The notes under the pieces: model-generated
Databases searched by the model: none
Told to the model about the DNA's origin: nothing
The model's input: only the letters and a program-made list of their open reading frames with translations
In this document: positions 50,401-61,968 of the stretch, one piece after another
Numbering within the stretch: the first letter of the stretch is position 1
How the letters are laid out: every line of letters begins with the position of its first letter
Translations under genes and position numbers: made by a program
NCBI GenBank assembly: GCA_003427395.1
Contig: BFEA01000007.1
Span: 1,376,642 to 1,440,301, forward strand
Source: Chara braunii
Taxonomy: Eukaryota; Plantae; Charophyceae
DNA length: 63,660 nucleotides
Direction of reading: 5' to 3'

Positions 50401-51738
50401 ATTTTCCAACTGAGGTGGGATAATGAGAGAATTAGGGGGGTTTTCTTATGTGAGGAGTTGTTGGTAGAAAAGTTTTACATATTCACACAGTTTATTAGAG
50501 TCTTTGGCAGGGGGCATGGATGGGTCATTTGGGTGGTTGAGGGTGGTAATCATGTTACTAGTATTGGAGGAGGGGGCCGCAGAAGAGGTATTAGCATCCA
50601 ATTTGTCAGTGCACAACATTTTTTCGATGAGTCTACGTTGTTCCCATAAGTTATGATATTGGATCTGTAGATTTTGCCATTCCTGTAATAATCTCGCTTT
50701 TCTCCTTTGTGTGACTACCTGGGTGAAATATGAATCAGAAGGTTTCTTTTTCAGGTTTTCAATTTTCCTTTTTAGTTGAATTTCTTTGTATTTGCGATTG
50801 ACTGCTTTCAAACGGGAGATGAGATTCAATTGATTCGAGACGAGCATTAAACCTTTATCAAACCACGTGCCATCATTCGGAAACAGACATGTGTTACTTC
50901 TCCATTTTTCCCACGTTTTCCAGACCCAGTCCACAATATCGGGGTCTTCTAGCACATGTTGACTTAGCCTGAATAGACCTTTTCCTCTCGTGATGTTTAG
51001 TCCGAGATTCATTGAGATTGAGACTGGTTTGTGGTCTGAGAGGGGATCGGTGGTTATTTTCGCTTTATTTATGAGTTGCAGTGCAAAATCGTTGATGAGG
51101 AAGAAGTCCAGTCTTCTCATTGTAGGGGGTCCATTTTCAGAAGCAACCGTGGATGACCATGTGAATGATACCTCGTCTGGGTGTAGTATCCTAAATGGAT
51201 CGAAGAGGCAAAGATCTATCATAAGATCATTGAGTGCTGCAGATTCACCGAGGTGGGAAAATGGAGTGGTAGAGTCTACATCTGCGTTGGGGACTGTGTT
51301 CCAGTCCCCACCCACAATGGTATAGTCTGAATTATGAATAAATTGGTTGATAGAATTGAGGAAGTCAGTTTTCCTAGAGTGATCTACCGGAACATAAATT
51401 GAGAAGAAAGTCCAAGATTTGCCATTAAGCTCCAATTTTTCCCAGCACCAGTGACCTTCTGGGTCTGTTCCGGTTTTCTTTATGTTGTCTGTTAATTTCT
51501 TATGAACTAGGATACCAGTGCCTCCCCTTGTTCCCTGGGTAGGGGCCCAGATTTGGGGGCCACTCCACCATTTAGGCATGAAGTTTAGTTTGTCTTCGCA
51601 TAATTTAGTTTATTGCAGTAGCATTATTGAGATACGGCATGAGTGAATCCAGCTTTTCACTCTTGCCCTCTTGTGTTTCCCGTTGTTATCCACTAGGTCT
51701 CTTACATTCCAGGATGCCACTGAGAGTCTACTGTCCAT
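47458..51738 (-). pseudogene. LINE ORF2 (APE endonuclease, reverse transcriptase, zf-RVT), disrupted
   Basis: APE motifs SWNVR..LQ*TK, GGDWN, RRLDFFL, SDHKPV. RT motifs PGPDG, NYRPISLLN, QSGFVPGR, DFQKAYDRV, RQGCPLAPSLF, ALADD, RYLGV. C-terminal CKAC...EDWLHLWWEC. Several stops and frameshifts. Confidence 0.93.
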
Positions 51739-53788
51739 TTGCTGCAGCGGACTGCAGCCCCCCTTGGATAAGCTCTTGCCGTGTTCCCTTCACCCCTTGT
51801 GATAGGCTCGGTACATCCCATGGGAGTTTCGTGGACTCCGGAATGTATTTGGAAAAGAGGAAGCGCTCCCTTGGAACGAAGTCATCTAATTCAGCAATTA
51901 CATCTCCCAAAATGTCGTCTCCCAATGAGGGGTAGAAGTGTTCTTTGGCGTTATTCTTTTTAAACCAAGCGACCGGTGCCCAAAAGAGATCTTTATCCAC
52001 CACCTGAGGATCTGTGCCTGGGGCCTGGGCTGCTTCCAGACACAGGCTGAGGATGTGGTGGGTTTTGTCGAATTGTCCTTTCCTGTAGGTCGAACTGCAA
52101 GGCATAGTTGGGATTGGTCTCACGAAATACCGTTTGTCCAGCAAATTCCGTGCAAAATTCAGAAACTCGTTCGGGTGAGAAAAAGTGTTGGTTGTGGTCG
52201 AGGGGAGAAACAGATCATTGTTGTCGTTCTGTTGTAGCAGCAAGAGTGTGGTTTGGTTGCTCTGCTTTATGATCAGTGGGGTTAGGACATACAGTGTGGT
52301 CTGCTGGGCTATTGGGTTCACCGGGCCCAACAATTGCGGGAGCTGTGGATGTTGTACCACCTGCGCCACCGTGTCCATCAACTCATCCTCAGTGCGAGGT
52401 TTCTTTTGTGGTTTTGCAGGTGGTTGGGGTGTGACTTCATTCTGTTCTTTGGCAGTGCCTTCAGTGCCCCTGGTGGAGGAGGACGACCTCGTACCCAGCG
52501 CAGGATCCCGTGACGAGGGTCCTGCTTGGTCTGGGGATTGCAAGCCGTCTTCTCCTGCAGCCGTGATCGCAAGTAGTCCCCTGTTTCCCTGAGGTGCCAG
52601 TGAGTGACTTCCGTAACCCAGTGGAATCTGCATTCCGCCTTGTTCTGTGTACTGTCCCGCCGGATGCCCATGCTGAGTGGGTTGAGCTGGGCGCCATTTG
52701 AATTTGTTGCCTGTTAGCGGTTTGGCGTCTTGGTTTGGCCCTGGGGGTGTGCTTCCCCAGCCTGAGAAGGACTGCGAGGCCCCCGTTGGAACTGTCGTTC
52801 CTTGACCTCACTGGGAACCTTTCTTGCGTGGTACTTGTTGTTGGCTGGCCCCCTTTGAGGCTGTTTGCTACTCCCAGTTGTTACGCCAGATTGAAGAAGC
52901 ATGCTAGTGAGAGTTAAAGCCTTGGCGTTCATATGAAGATTTTTTCCTTGCGAAGTTCCCTTTATCTGATTTGCATTCCTTGTTGGTGTGACCATACCTA
53001 TAGCAGTAATCGCAGTAGGGGCAGTCTTCTTGCTTGTGGCCGTACCTGTTGCAGTTTGTGCACCACGGGGTATTCAAATTCACTAGGTCCGCCATTAAGA
53101 AAGCAAATTCATCCCAGACCTTCAGGCATGGTCTGAAACGCTCCTCGGCGCTTGGGTGGAGCTAGTACTTAAGGTTGCCTAGCTTTGGGTCCTCCGGGTC
53201 AGCTATCGGAGGGAACTCACTCACGATTTTCCCCATTGCTGCTTCCAATCCAGTTCGAATGTAGACTGAAGCAGCGATAGGGAAACGCATTGCCATGACC
53301 CAGTAGTTGTTCCTCTTATCCTCATCTCTCTTCTTTTCCCACTCTGTGCGGGGCAACCACTTACGAAAGAAGACAAAGTTTCATTTATTGCCTTCTTTGA
53401 ACTTCATCTCCTTTTTGGTGTTCAGGAGCCAATCCACAACCTTCAAGTTCCTTGCAACATAAGTGATTTGACCTTTACCCTCCATGTGTATCGTTCCTCT
53501 TTCAGAGACGAGTTCTTCCTCTGTCATAACAGACTCTTCCAGGTACCGCACTAGATCAATTTTTTTCTCGTTTGACCAGTCCTTCGTTTCTCCCTGAAAA
53601 ACCACCGACACAGTCATTTGTTTGAGAAATTCATTTTGTGTTTTTTGGAATCTCTCATCTGGTCTTATTTCGATACAATCATCATCTTCATTGATCGTTG
53701 TTTTCACATACTCCGACACATCTTGAGAGACGTGATCAATGAACCAGCCTTTCATGATCTCCGTGATCTTGAGGTTCGAGCTATCCAT
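51728..53788 (-). pseudogene. LINE ORF1, disrupted
   Basis: Fragments 53381-53788, 53162-53356, 52904-53095 (tandem CCHC knuckles CTNCNRYGHKQEDC and CDYCYRYGHTNKEC) and 51728-52633. The stop overlaps the ORF2 start by 11 nt. Confidence 0.8.
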
Positions 53789-56610
53789 CCTACTTATTCA
53801 GTGCACCGAGTTTGCTTTTCTTTCTTCCCCCTTGGGATGGTGAAGTACAGAGAAAGTGACAAAACTCTTATTCGAGAGAGGGACCGTCTCTATTTGCCTT
53901 TCTCCCCTCGTGGGATGGTGAGGTACAATAAGGAAGAATAAGCTTTTCACTCGTATAAGTTATGTTGTTGGGAGTGTGTCTAAGACCCAACGCGTGGCGC
54001 TAGTAGGACAAGGTCGCGTGCCGGTCCGTCCGCGAGGTTTAAGGTTGAATCGACAACCACGAAGTGAGACGAGGAGCTCAGGATATCTGGATAAAAAGGT
54101 CCAAAGTATATATGCGATGTTTTCTTCCGGAGGGGAGGGCGGGGCCTATGGACAATGATTGCGGGAGGTGTCAGATACCCTATTTAACGGACTACCAGGC
54201 GAATGATTACACGGACAGGACAAGAAATCGAGCTATTCGATTTTAGTGCATCTTCGTGTAGTGCGTACGCCTCCGGGAACGGAGGGGGAAAAACTACGCG
54301 GAGGCGGCGTGGTCGGAACAGGCCCGAAAATTCCACATTACCTGATTAATAATGGGGAGGGGGGCAGAAATGGTCCTTGGGGTGAGGGCTGGGATTTCCG
54401 ACGGGTGAGAGTGGGGGGTGTCGTATGGGTAGATTGCTATTACACATATAAAACAGAAGCTGCCTGACAATTCGGGGAGGGCTGTGGACCTAGCGTGGGA
54501 GTGTATGGGAGTATGTTATTCTTAGGGTTAGGGCGGGGGGAATGGGACGTCCGGACGTATAGAAGGTAGAATCAAAGATTGAGTGAATGTAGACTGGATG
54601 TGGTCCCCGACGGTAGGTAATACTGGAGAAAAGAAGAAAAAAAAGGGGGGACTTTGCTATTACACGAAAAAAGACAAAAAGGGAATAAAAACCTAATTGA
54701 GGGAAGGCGGCGGTGGACAATATGGAGTTGAGTTGTAAAATGCTGTATATGGAAAGTTAGGGGGGTAGGACACTGTTTGAGTGAATGTGGCCGAGGGTAG
54801 GGATAAAGTTAGGGAACGGTGAGAAAGAGAAGTTAGGGTCTTCGGCGAGACTCTCTTCCCACAGTCGGAAGTTGCCAAAGAGTCGATCTCACCCCTGGTA
54901 TTGCCCTTGGCCGACTGACGCTCCAATTGCTTCCGCCACTGAAGAGGAGAGGACTGTATCTCGAAAAGCCTCTGAATCTCCGGCGAGATGAATGTACCGA
55001 GAGAACTGTGTACGATGCTGAAAGAAAGCTGAGTGGACAACTGTAGCGGAACGCCCACCTGAGGCGCTACGCTGGTAATTCTGGTTACTCTTGTTGGTGA
55101 GTCTCGTGGTTGGGGGGAGGTGGTTTCCACAAAGATGAAGTTACCATCGCGGTTAGTTCACGCGATGGGGTTAACTTCTCCTCATTACCTTCTGCCCTCT
55201 AGGTAGAAGGTAGGATAGCTATGGTAGCTAGGCGTACAAGAGCAAGCCGGCGCGCCGCTGAGGTCGCGTGCCTGTCCGTCCCCCTTTTTTAATTAATCAC
55301 TTTTTTGCCTTAAGGGCACCGTTACAAAGTAAGGGTTTTGTAGTGGTGTCGAACGAGGCTCGTAGGCGGTACTGTGCATCTAGGTGTGTTTGATGATCAT
55401 AGACGTGGATACGGTCAGGTACGTCCAAACGACGGCCAGGTGTGAATGAAATGGTGGTCTGAATATTCCCTTCAGTTGGAGCGCACAAGTCACCGAGCCC
55501 AAACCAGGCCATGCGGGTAACGTGAAATTGTTAGTAAGGTCAAGGGCTCGAACCCAGCCTGCGATAATCAGAAAACTGCGCGCAAAACGAAAACAGTAAG
55601 TAGGCGGTACTGCCGGTCCACGTTCCTGCCGTACCGGCGCCTTGGCGGGGTCCCAATCATACACCGACCGCGCTCCATACTACACAACACTCTACATGTA
55701 TATGGACGGCTGTGATGCCTATATACATTCGGAGGAAACTCAACATTTTGAGTGTACCCGGACGACGAAAGGGACATGTAGGCTGCTGTGAAGTTGAGTG
55801 AGGCCTAGAGTCAAGTGGAGTGCCACGAAGTAGGGTCGGTTTACCGCCGGTTCAAGGACTTGCCTAATCATGGAGGCAGAGAGTAGCAGGTAGCCGGTAG
55901 CCATCACCGCCAGGACTTCACCAATTGTAATCCTAGCCTTGAGAAGACAGGGTTTCAGAGATAGGCGTGCCCAAGGCCATGCTTGCCGCCGAGGGGTCTG
56001 CAACAGCTGAAGGTACGTAGGTGACCCTCTCTCCCTGAACGTTGGTTCCCCACACTCTCCACTCTCCCTGAACTTTGCTGGCACTCTCCACTGTTCCTTC
56101 TTCGTCTCATCTTGTTCTTCTTCTCCTCCTTCTCCTCTTCCTCCTCTTCCTCCTCTTCCTCCTCCTCTTCCTCCTCCTCTTCCTCCTTCTCCTCATTCTC
56201 CTCCTCCCTCTTCTTCTTGGGGAACTTTAGTGTCAAGGCTATGACCGCTCAATCCGTGCAGATGCTGTAATGCTTCTTTGAGCCTCGCTCCACTACTCCC
56301 AACATGCACAAAAGACAGAAATCATGGCGGTGTACCTTTCCATGTTCTAGCGGAAGATTCACTCTCATTTTGCACATTTGAAGAGTAGTGGAGCGAGGCC
56401 CTTTGAGAAGCGTGAACCTATAGTGACTTAGGCTCACCATCACGATTCTTCGTTTCCCCCCCTTCTTCTTCCCTCGGCTTTTGGTCCATTCCCGCTTTTG
56501 CACATCTTCGTCTCCCTCTGAGCCCTCTCCCTCCTCCTCTTCTCCTCCTCCTCCTCCTACTCCTCCTCCTCCTCCTCCGCCGCCGCCGCCGCCGCCATCG
56601 CCTCTTCCTC

Positions 56611-56910
56611 GAATAAGTCCGAAGGCATCTTCCTCAGATGGCAGCACGGAAGACAGAAAGTTGACTACCTCGGCTGCATCTGTCTGTACTTAGCCGTAAT
56701 TGCGGTCAAGATACGTTCGTGAATAAGTCCGAAGGCATCTTCCTCGGATGGCAGCACGGAAGACAGAAAATTGACTACCTCGGCTGCATCTGTCTGTACT
56801 TAGCCGTAAGTGCGGTCAAGATACGTTCGTGATCGTCCCCCGTATTTCCGGTCAGATACCTTCGTGATCGTCCTCTGTATTTCCGGTCAGATACGTTCGT
56901 CATCGTCCTA
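56611..56910. repeat. 110-bp tandem duplication followed by ~35-bp tandem units
   Basis: GAATAAGTCCGAAGGCATC...AGATACGTTCGT twice, then GATCGTCC..GTATTTCCGGTCAGATAC.TTCGT repeats. Confidence 0.88.
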
Positions 56911-57585
56911 GTCTGAGGGTGGCGTGTCATCGAGTCTATCTGTGTGTATCTGTCTGTGCTTACCCGTAATTACGGTCTGATACGTGCCAATTACAGCAAA
57001 TAGACACGAGTAAGGGGACGGATCGCCGGCGGATCTGATGATGAAGTCGAACGGGCGGGAACAGAGAGGAGGAGAATGAAGGCCGGAGCGATGGCAGTCA
57101 TGAGAGAGAGTGAAGGCGGCGGAGAGAGAGAGAGGAGGACCAGAAGCTAGTAGGGAGGGGCAGAGAAGTTGCGCATTGCACTTGAGCGGCAGGGATATGC
57201 TTCTCCCTCCTTCGGCCTCGTCATCGTCGCCCTCCTCCTCCTCTTCCTCCTCGTCCTCCTCCTCACACCTCTCCCGCTCTTCTCAGCTCTCTTTCGACTT
57301 TCGGTATCAGATTCCTCGCTCATTCCGTTCTTCTTCTTCTTCTTCTTCTTCTTCTTCCTCCTCCCCCTCCTCTCCTCCCTCTCCCTCTTTTGCTTCTTCT
57401 TCTTCTTCTTCCTGGGTTTCCGAGTAGTGAGTGGTCTCTGAAGAAGAGAGATGGTCGAGGAGGAGATCCGTCTTCCCCGAATAGAACGTACGGTCATCAT
57501 GGGTGTAACTGGACTAAAATCTGGTCAAGTACAGAGTACGCGATGAACGGATGGTGTCAAGCGGTAGATGCACACACACACACAC

Positions 57586-57651
<66 letters not shown>

Positions 57652-60201
57652 NNNNNNNNNNNNNNNNNNNNNNNNNNNNNNNNNNNNNNNNNNNNNNNNN
57701 NNNNNNNNNNNNNNNAGGAAGAAGAAGAAGAAGAAGAAGAAGTGGGGGGGGGGAGGGCAGGGGGGGAATGAGGTTTAGGGAAAGAAGAGGAGGGTTTTTT
57801 ATTTCGTTGTTGAAGGATTGAATCGAATTTTGTTCTTGTGAGAGCGGTCGGGGAAGAGAAGAGGACATCTGCAGCTATGAATCGGAGAGGGGAGCGGAGG
57901 GAGGGTTTTTGGTATATCTTTGTTGATGGAGGGAATTGGGTTCGCTGGGATCTCTTTTTTTTTGAAATATTCATTGTTTTGAGGAAATGCGCGGAGAAAG
58001 GGAGAGGAAAAAGAAGAAGAAAAAAAAGGGAGAGTCGCTGCTGCGAATGGGAGAGAAGGAAGAGGGACCAGAAAACCGCTTGGCTTCTTCTTCTTCTGCT
58101 TCTTTTTTTTTCCTTCTTTTTTTTTTTTGTTAAAGAGCACTCCCGGCGGCGTTTCTATCTTACTTTGTCCGTCTTCCATCCTCTGGCAGTGGGAGCTTTT
58201 TTTTTTCCTGTTTCCAGAGTGAAAGCATGTTATTATACAAAAACCCACATGAGGGCGGACCTTACACTGGGAGCATACTTATCCCCTAATATAGCAATCC
58301 TTTTGTTTTCTTTTCTTTTTTTTGCAAACTTGGCATGATGCCAAGCCTCCTATGAATTCTGACGAGCAGTAACAGCCCAGGAGCGAGGTCGTACTAGCAA
58401 AGAGGATTGGATTAAGCACCTGAATCCGGCCGTATTTTTATGAATGGATGCAGAAAAGCAGATCAATCGCAGATTTCTGCAACTTTCGACAAACACGTCC
58501 AGATTCAGGCGTTCAATCCACCTCTCTGCTGCTGTGACCTCTCCCCCGGGCTCCTTTTCCACCACTCACTGCGGTAAGTCAACTCTCAGGCGGAAGTTCT
58601 AAAAATAGTACAATATATATCTGTTTGTGACGATATATATATATTGTCACAAAAATATATATAGGTTTCCTCCTCCCCTTCTTTACCTCTTTGCCTTTTG
58701 GCTGCGTGCAAGTGGGTCCTTGTGACACACGGGGATGGGGGCAGCCAGCGCTCAACCTGTCATCCACGTGGCTGGCCTTGTACGTAAGAGGTTATGAACA
58801 GGTGGAGCTTTCCTTACCTCCTTCCCCTTCCCCTTTTTTCCTTTTCCTTTTTTCTTTCCCCTTTTTTGCGCTCTGATTCACAATGTGACAATATATATAT
58901 CCTTGTGACGAAACAGTTTGTCACAGCCCCTCGTTTGTTGTCCTCTTCTCTCTCTCTGCCTACGGTTTACCGGGCAGTTCTATTTGTGACGATATATATA
59001 TATCCTTGTGAACATCCACATCATCCTCACCGTAGCTGTCCTATCTGCCGAGGTGGGGGCAGGTAAAGANNNNNNNNNNNNNNNNNNNNNNNNNNNNNNN
59101 NNNNNNNNNNNNNNNNNNNNNNNNNNNNNNNNNNNNNNNNNNNNNNNNNNNNNNNNNNNNNNNNNNNNNNNNNNNNNNNNNNNNNNNNNNNNNNNNNNNN
59201 NNNNNNNNNNNNNNNNNNNNNNNNNNNNNNNNNNNNNNNNNNNNNNNNNNNNNNNNNNNNNNNNNNNNNNNNNNNNNNNNNNNNNNNNNNNNNNNNNNNN
59301 NNNNNNNNNNNNNNNNNNNNNNNNNNNNNNNNNNNNNNNNNNNNNNNNNNNNNNNNNNNNNNNNNNNNNNNNNNNNNNNNNNNNNNNNNNNNNNNNNNNN
59401 NNNNNNNNNNNNNNNNNNNNNNNNNNNNNNNNNNNNNNNNNNNNNNNNNNNNNNNNNNNNNNNNNNNNNNNNNNNNNNNNNNNNNNNNNNNNNNNNNNNN
59501 NNNNNNNNNNNNNNNNNNNNNNNNNNNNNNNNNNNNNNNNNNNNNNNNNNNNNNNNNNNNNNNNNNNNNNNNNNNNNNNNNNNNNNNNNNNNNNNNNNNN
59601 NNNNNNNNNNNNNNNNNNNNNNNNNNNNNNNNNNNNNNNNNNNNNNNNNNNNNNTCCCTCTGTTCTATTTGTTTCATTTGGCTGTTCCCTTCCTCTCTTC
59701 TTTGCCTCTTTGCCTTTTGGCTGTGTGCAAGTGGGTCGATATGACACACGGGGTTGGGGGCAGCCGCCGCTCAACCTACATCCACGTGGGCGGCCTTGTA
59801 CGCAAGAGGTTCTGAACAGGGGGAGTTTGTAAGGAAGAAGATTAAAAACGAATTTAAGATTTTTTTGTTTTTTTGGTTTTTTCGCTTAGGCGCTCTGATA
59901 TCATGTGACAATATATAAATATACATATTGTCAAACAGAATATATGTATGTATATATATATCATCAAACAGAGCTGCCCGGTAAACCGTATCCCAGTTAG
60001 GCATTGATGGGATCCCCATCGATGGGATCGTCCTCCATCGAGCGACGCTTGTTCGCATCACCGTCAGTGAAGTACACAGAGCGCTCAGCAGAAGTTCCAA
60101 GAATAGTACAATATGCATATCGTCAAACAGCGCTTCCCTGTAAACCTCGGCAGAGAGGGAGGGAGAAGAGGACAGCAAACGAGGGGCTGTGACAAATTTG
60201 A

Positions 60202-60255
60202 AACTGTTTCGTCGGAGTTTCACCGACTCATCAGGAGGCTGAACCCTCAACAGTC
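60202..60255 (-). ncRNA. Type III hammerhead ribozyme
   Basis: Minus strand GACTGT-T-GAGG(GTTCAG)CCTC-CTGATGA-GTCGG(TGAAACT)CCGAC-GAA-ACAGTT. All three stems pair, the core CUGAUGA/GAAA is intact, and the cleavage triplet is GUU. Confidence 0.88.
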
Positions 60256-61922
60256 CGCAGAATCCCCTAACTGATTACACTGTAAGTGACAATCCACCTT
60301 AACCCCGGTTCTGGTTAAGCGCATCAATGACTAACCGACATATATATTATGAAATATTATATTATATGTAATATATATAGCTGCCCGGTAAACCGTAGGC
60401 AGAGAGGGAGAAGAGGACAGAGAGGGAGAAGAGGACATATATATGTCACAGCCCCTCGTTTGTTGTTCTCTTCTCTCTCTCTGCCTACGGTTTACCGGGC
60501 AGTTCTGTTTGTGACGATATATATTTGTTTGACAATATATTAAATATAATATAATATTATATTATATAATATGAGGTATATTATATAATATGCCGTATAT
60601 AGATAATATCTTTATTACGATATACGTATATAGTGTTATGTATGATTATGTTATTTGTATATAAATAGCGATGACGATTTATGTAGATATATGTAAAATA
60701 ATGTCATGAATTATTATGTGAAATCGATGGTATGTCTGGCCTGGATCACGGGTAATTTTTTTTAGCTTTGTCCCGGTCTCGGCTTTGGTATGTATACCGG
60801 TTAAGTTTGTACGCGGATGAGAGAGAAGTTTTTTTTTTTCCCCCTCTTTTCTTTTTTGTTCTTTTTGAGGTCCTTGATACGATCAGAAGGTAGACCAGGT
60901 TAAGCGTTCGAGGTTTACTTCGACTGACATTACCCTGGATGTATCAGGCCTAGATCATGGGTACATTCTATCAGTTTTGTCCCAGGGCCAAGTCCCATGT
61001 ATTCAGATCCTTCATTCCTGACCGTAGATCGCAGAGATCCACGGTCCCAAATGAAGAATTCCCGCAAGTGGGACTTGGCCCCCGGTCTCGATGTTGGTAT
61101 ATATCTTATCTTCTGCAGTCGCGGGTAATGAAGAATTCCCGCAAGTGGGACTTGGCCCCCGGTGCCAAATGTACACCCGTGATCCAGGCCTGATACATCC
61201 TATCAGCTTGGTCCCGGTCGCGATGTTGGTATCAGGCCTGGATCACGGGTGTACACTCTATCAGCTTGGTCCGGGTCTCGGTGTTGGCATATATGTCGGT
61301 TAGGTTTGTGGGCTGATGAGACAGAAGTTTTGTTTATTTTCTGGGTTTTTTTTTTTTTTTTTTTTTTTTTTTGGCTGTGCTTAGTTCTGAGACGACCCGA
61401 AGGTCGGCGAGGTTAAGCCTTCGAAGTTTACTTCAACTCACAGTACCCTGGACGTATCAGGCCTAGATCACCGGTACATTCTATCAGTTTTGTCCCGGGG
61501 CCAAGTCCCACTTGTCCAGATCCGTCATTCCTGACTGTAGATCGCAGAGATCCACTGTCCCAAATGAAGAATCCCCGCAAGTGGGACGTGCCCCCCTGTC
61601 TCGATGTTGGTATATATCTTGTCTTCTGCTGTCGTTGCTGATTGCCCAATTAATGCAAATTTATTATTTTATATTTTCTCTTTTTAGGAAACAATTCGGA
61701 CTTGTTCGGAGAGGATTCTTAGGACAATCATTTTTGCTTTTCGCACTCAATCTGTCTTTCTTTTTTTTTTTTTCTTTTTTTTTTTTCCCTAACAATCTGT
61801 GCCTTTTGTTATGCCTGTTTGGGAAAAAGAAAAGTTATGTCTTCAGGAGCAAACTCAGAGCTTGAGCTTCACTTATATTGATTCAGAGCTTCGCTGATGT
61901 ATATATGTCTGGCGATATATAT

Positions 61923-61968
61923 AGGGTTCAGCCTCCTGATGAGTCGGTGAAACTCGGACGAAACAGTT
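61923..61968 (+). ncRNA. 5'-truncated second copy of the hammerhead ribozyme
   Basis: AGGGTTCAGCCTCCTGATGAGTCGGTGAAACTCGGACGAAACAGTT. Lacks the 5' strand of stem III and the cleavage site; one mismatch in stem II. Confidence 0.75.

Larger units (their letters stand above)
47231..55290 (-). mobile_element. Full-length but inactivated L1-clade LINE (~8.06 kb)
   Basis: Poly(A) tail (T-run 47227-47253). Imperfect ~15-bp TSD AATTAATAACCTTTT (47216) and AATTAATCACTTTTT (55291). 5' end begins GGGGG after a short A-run. ORF1 and ORF2 present. Confidence 0.9.

Noticed and set aside
56080-57830. Poly-Pro, Ser, Glu and Arg-Glu ORFs
   Set aside because: Translations of trinucleotide and dinucleotide microsatellites; no domain or splice evidence.
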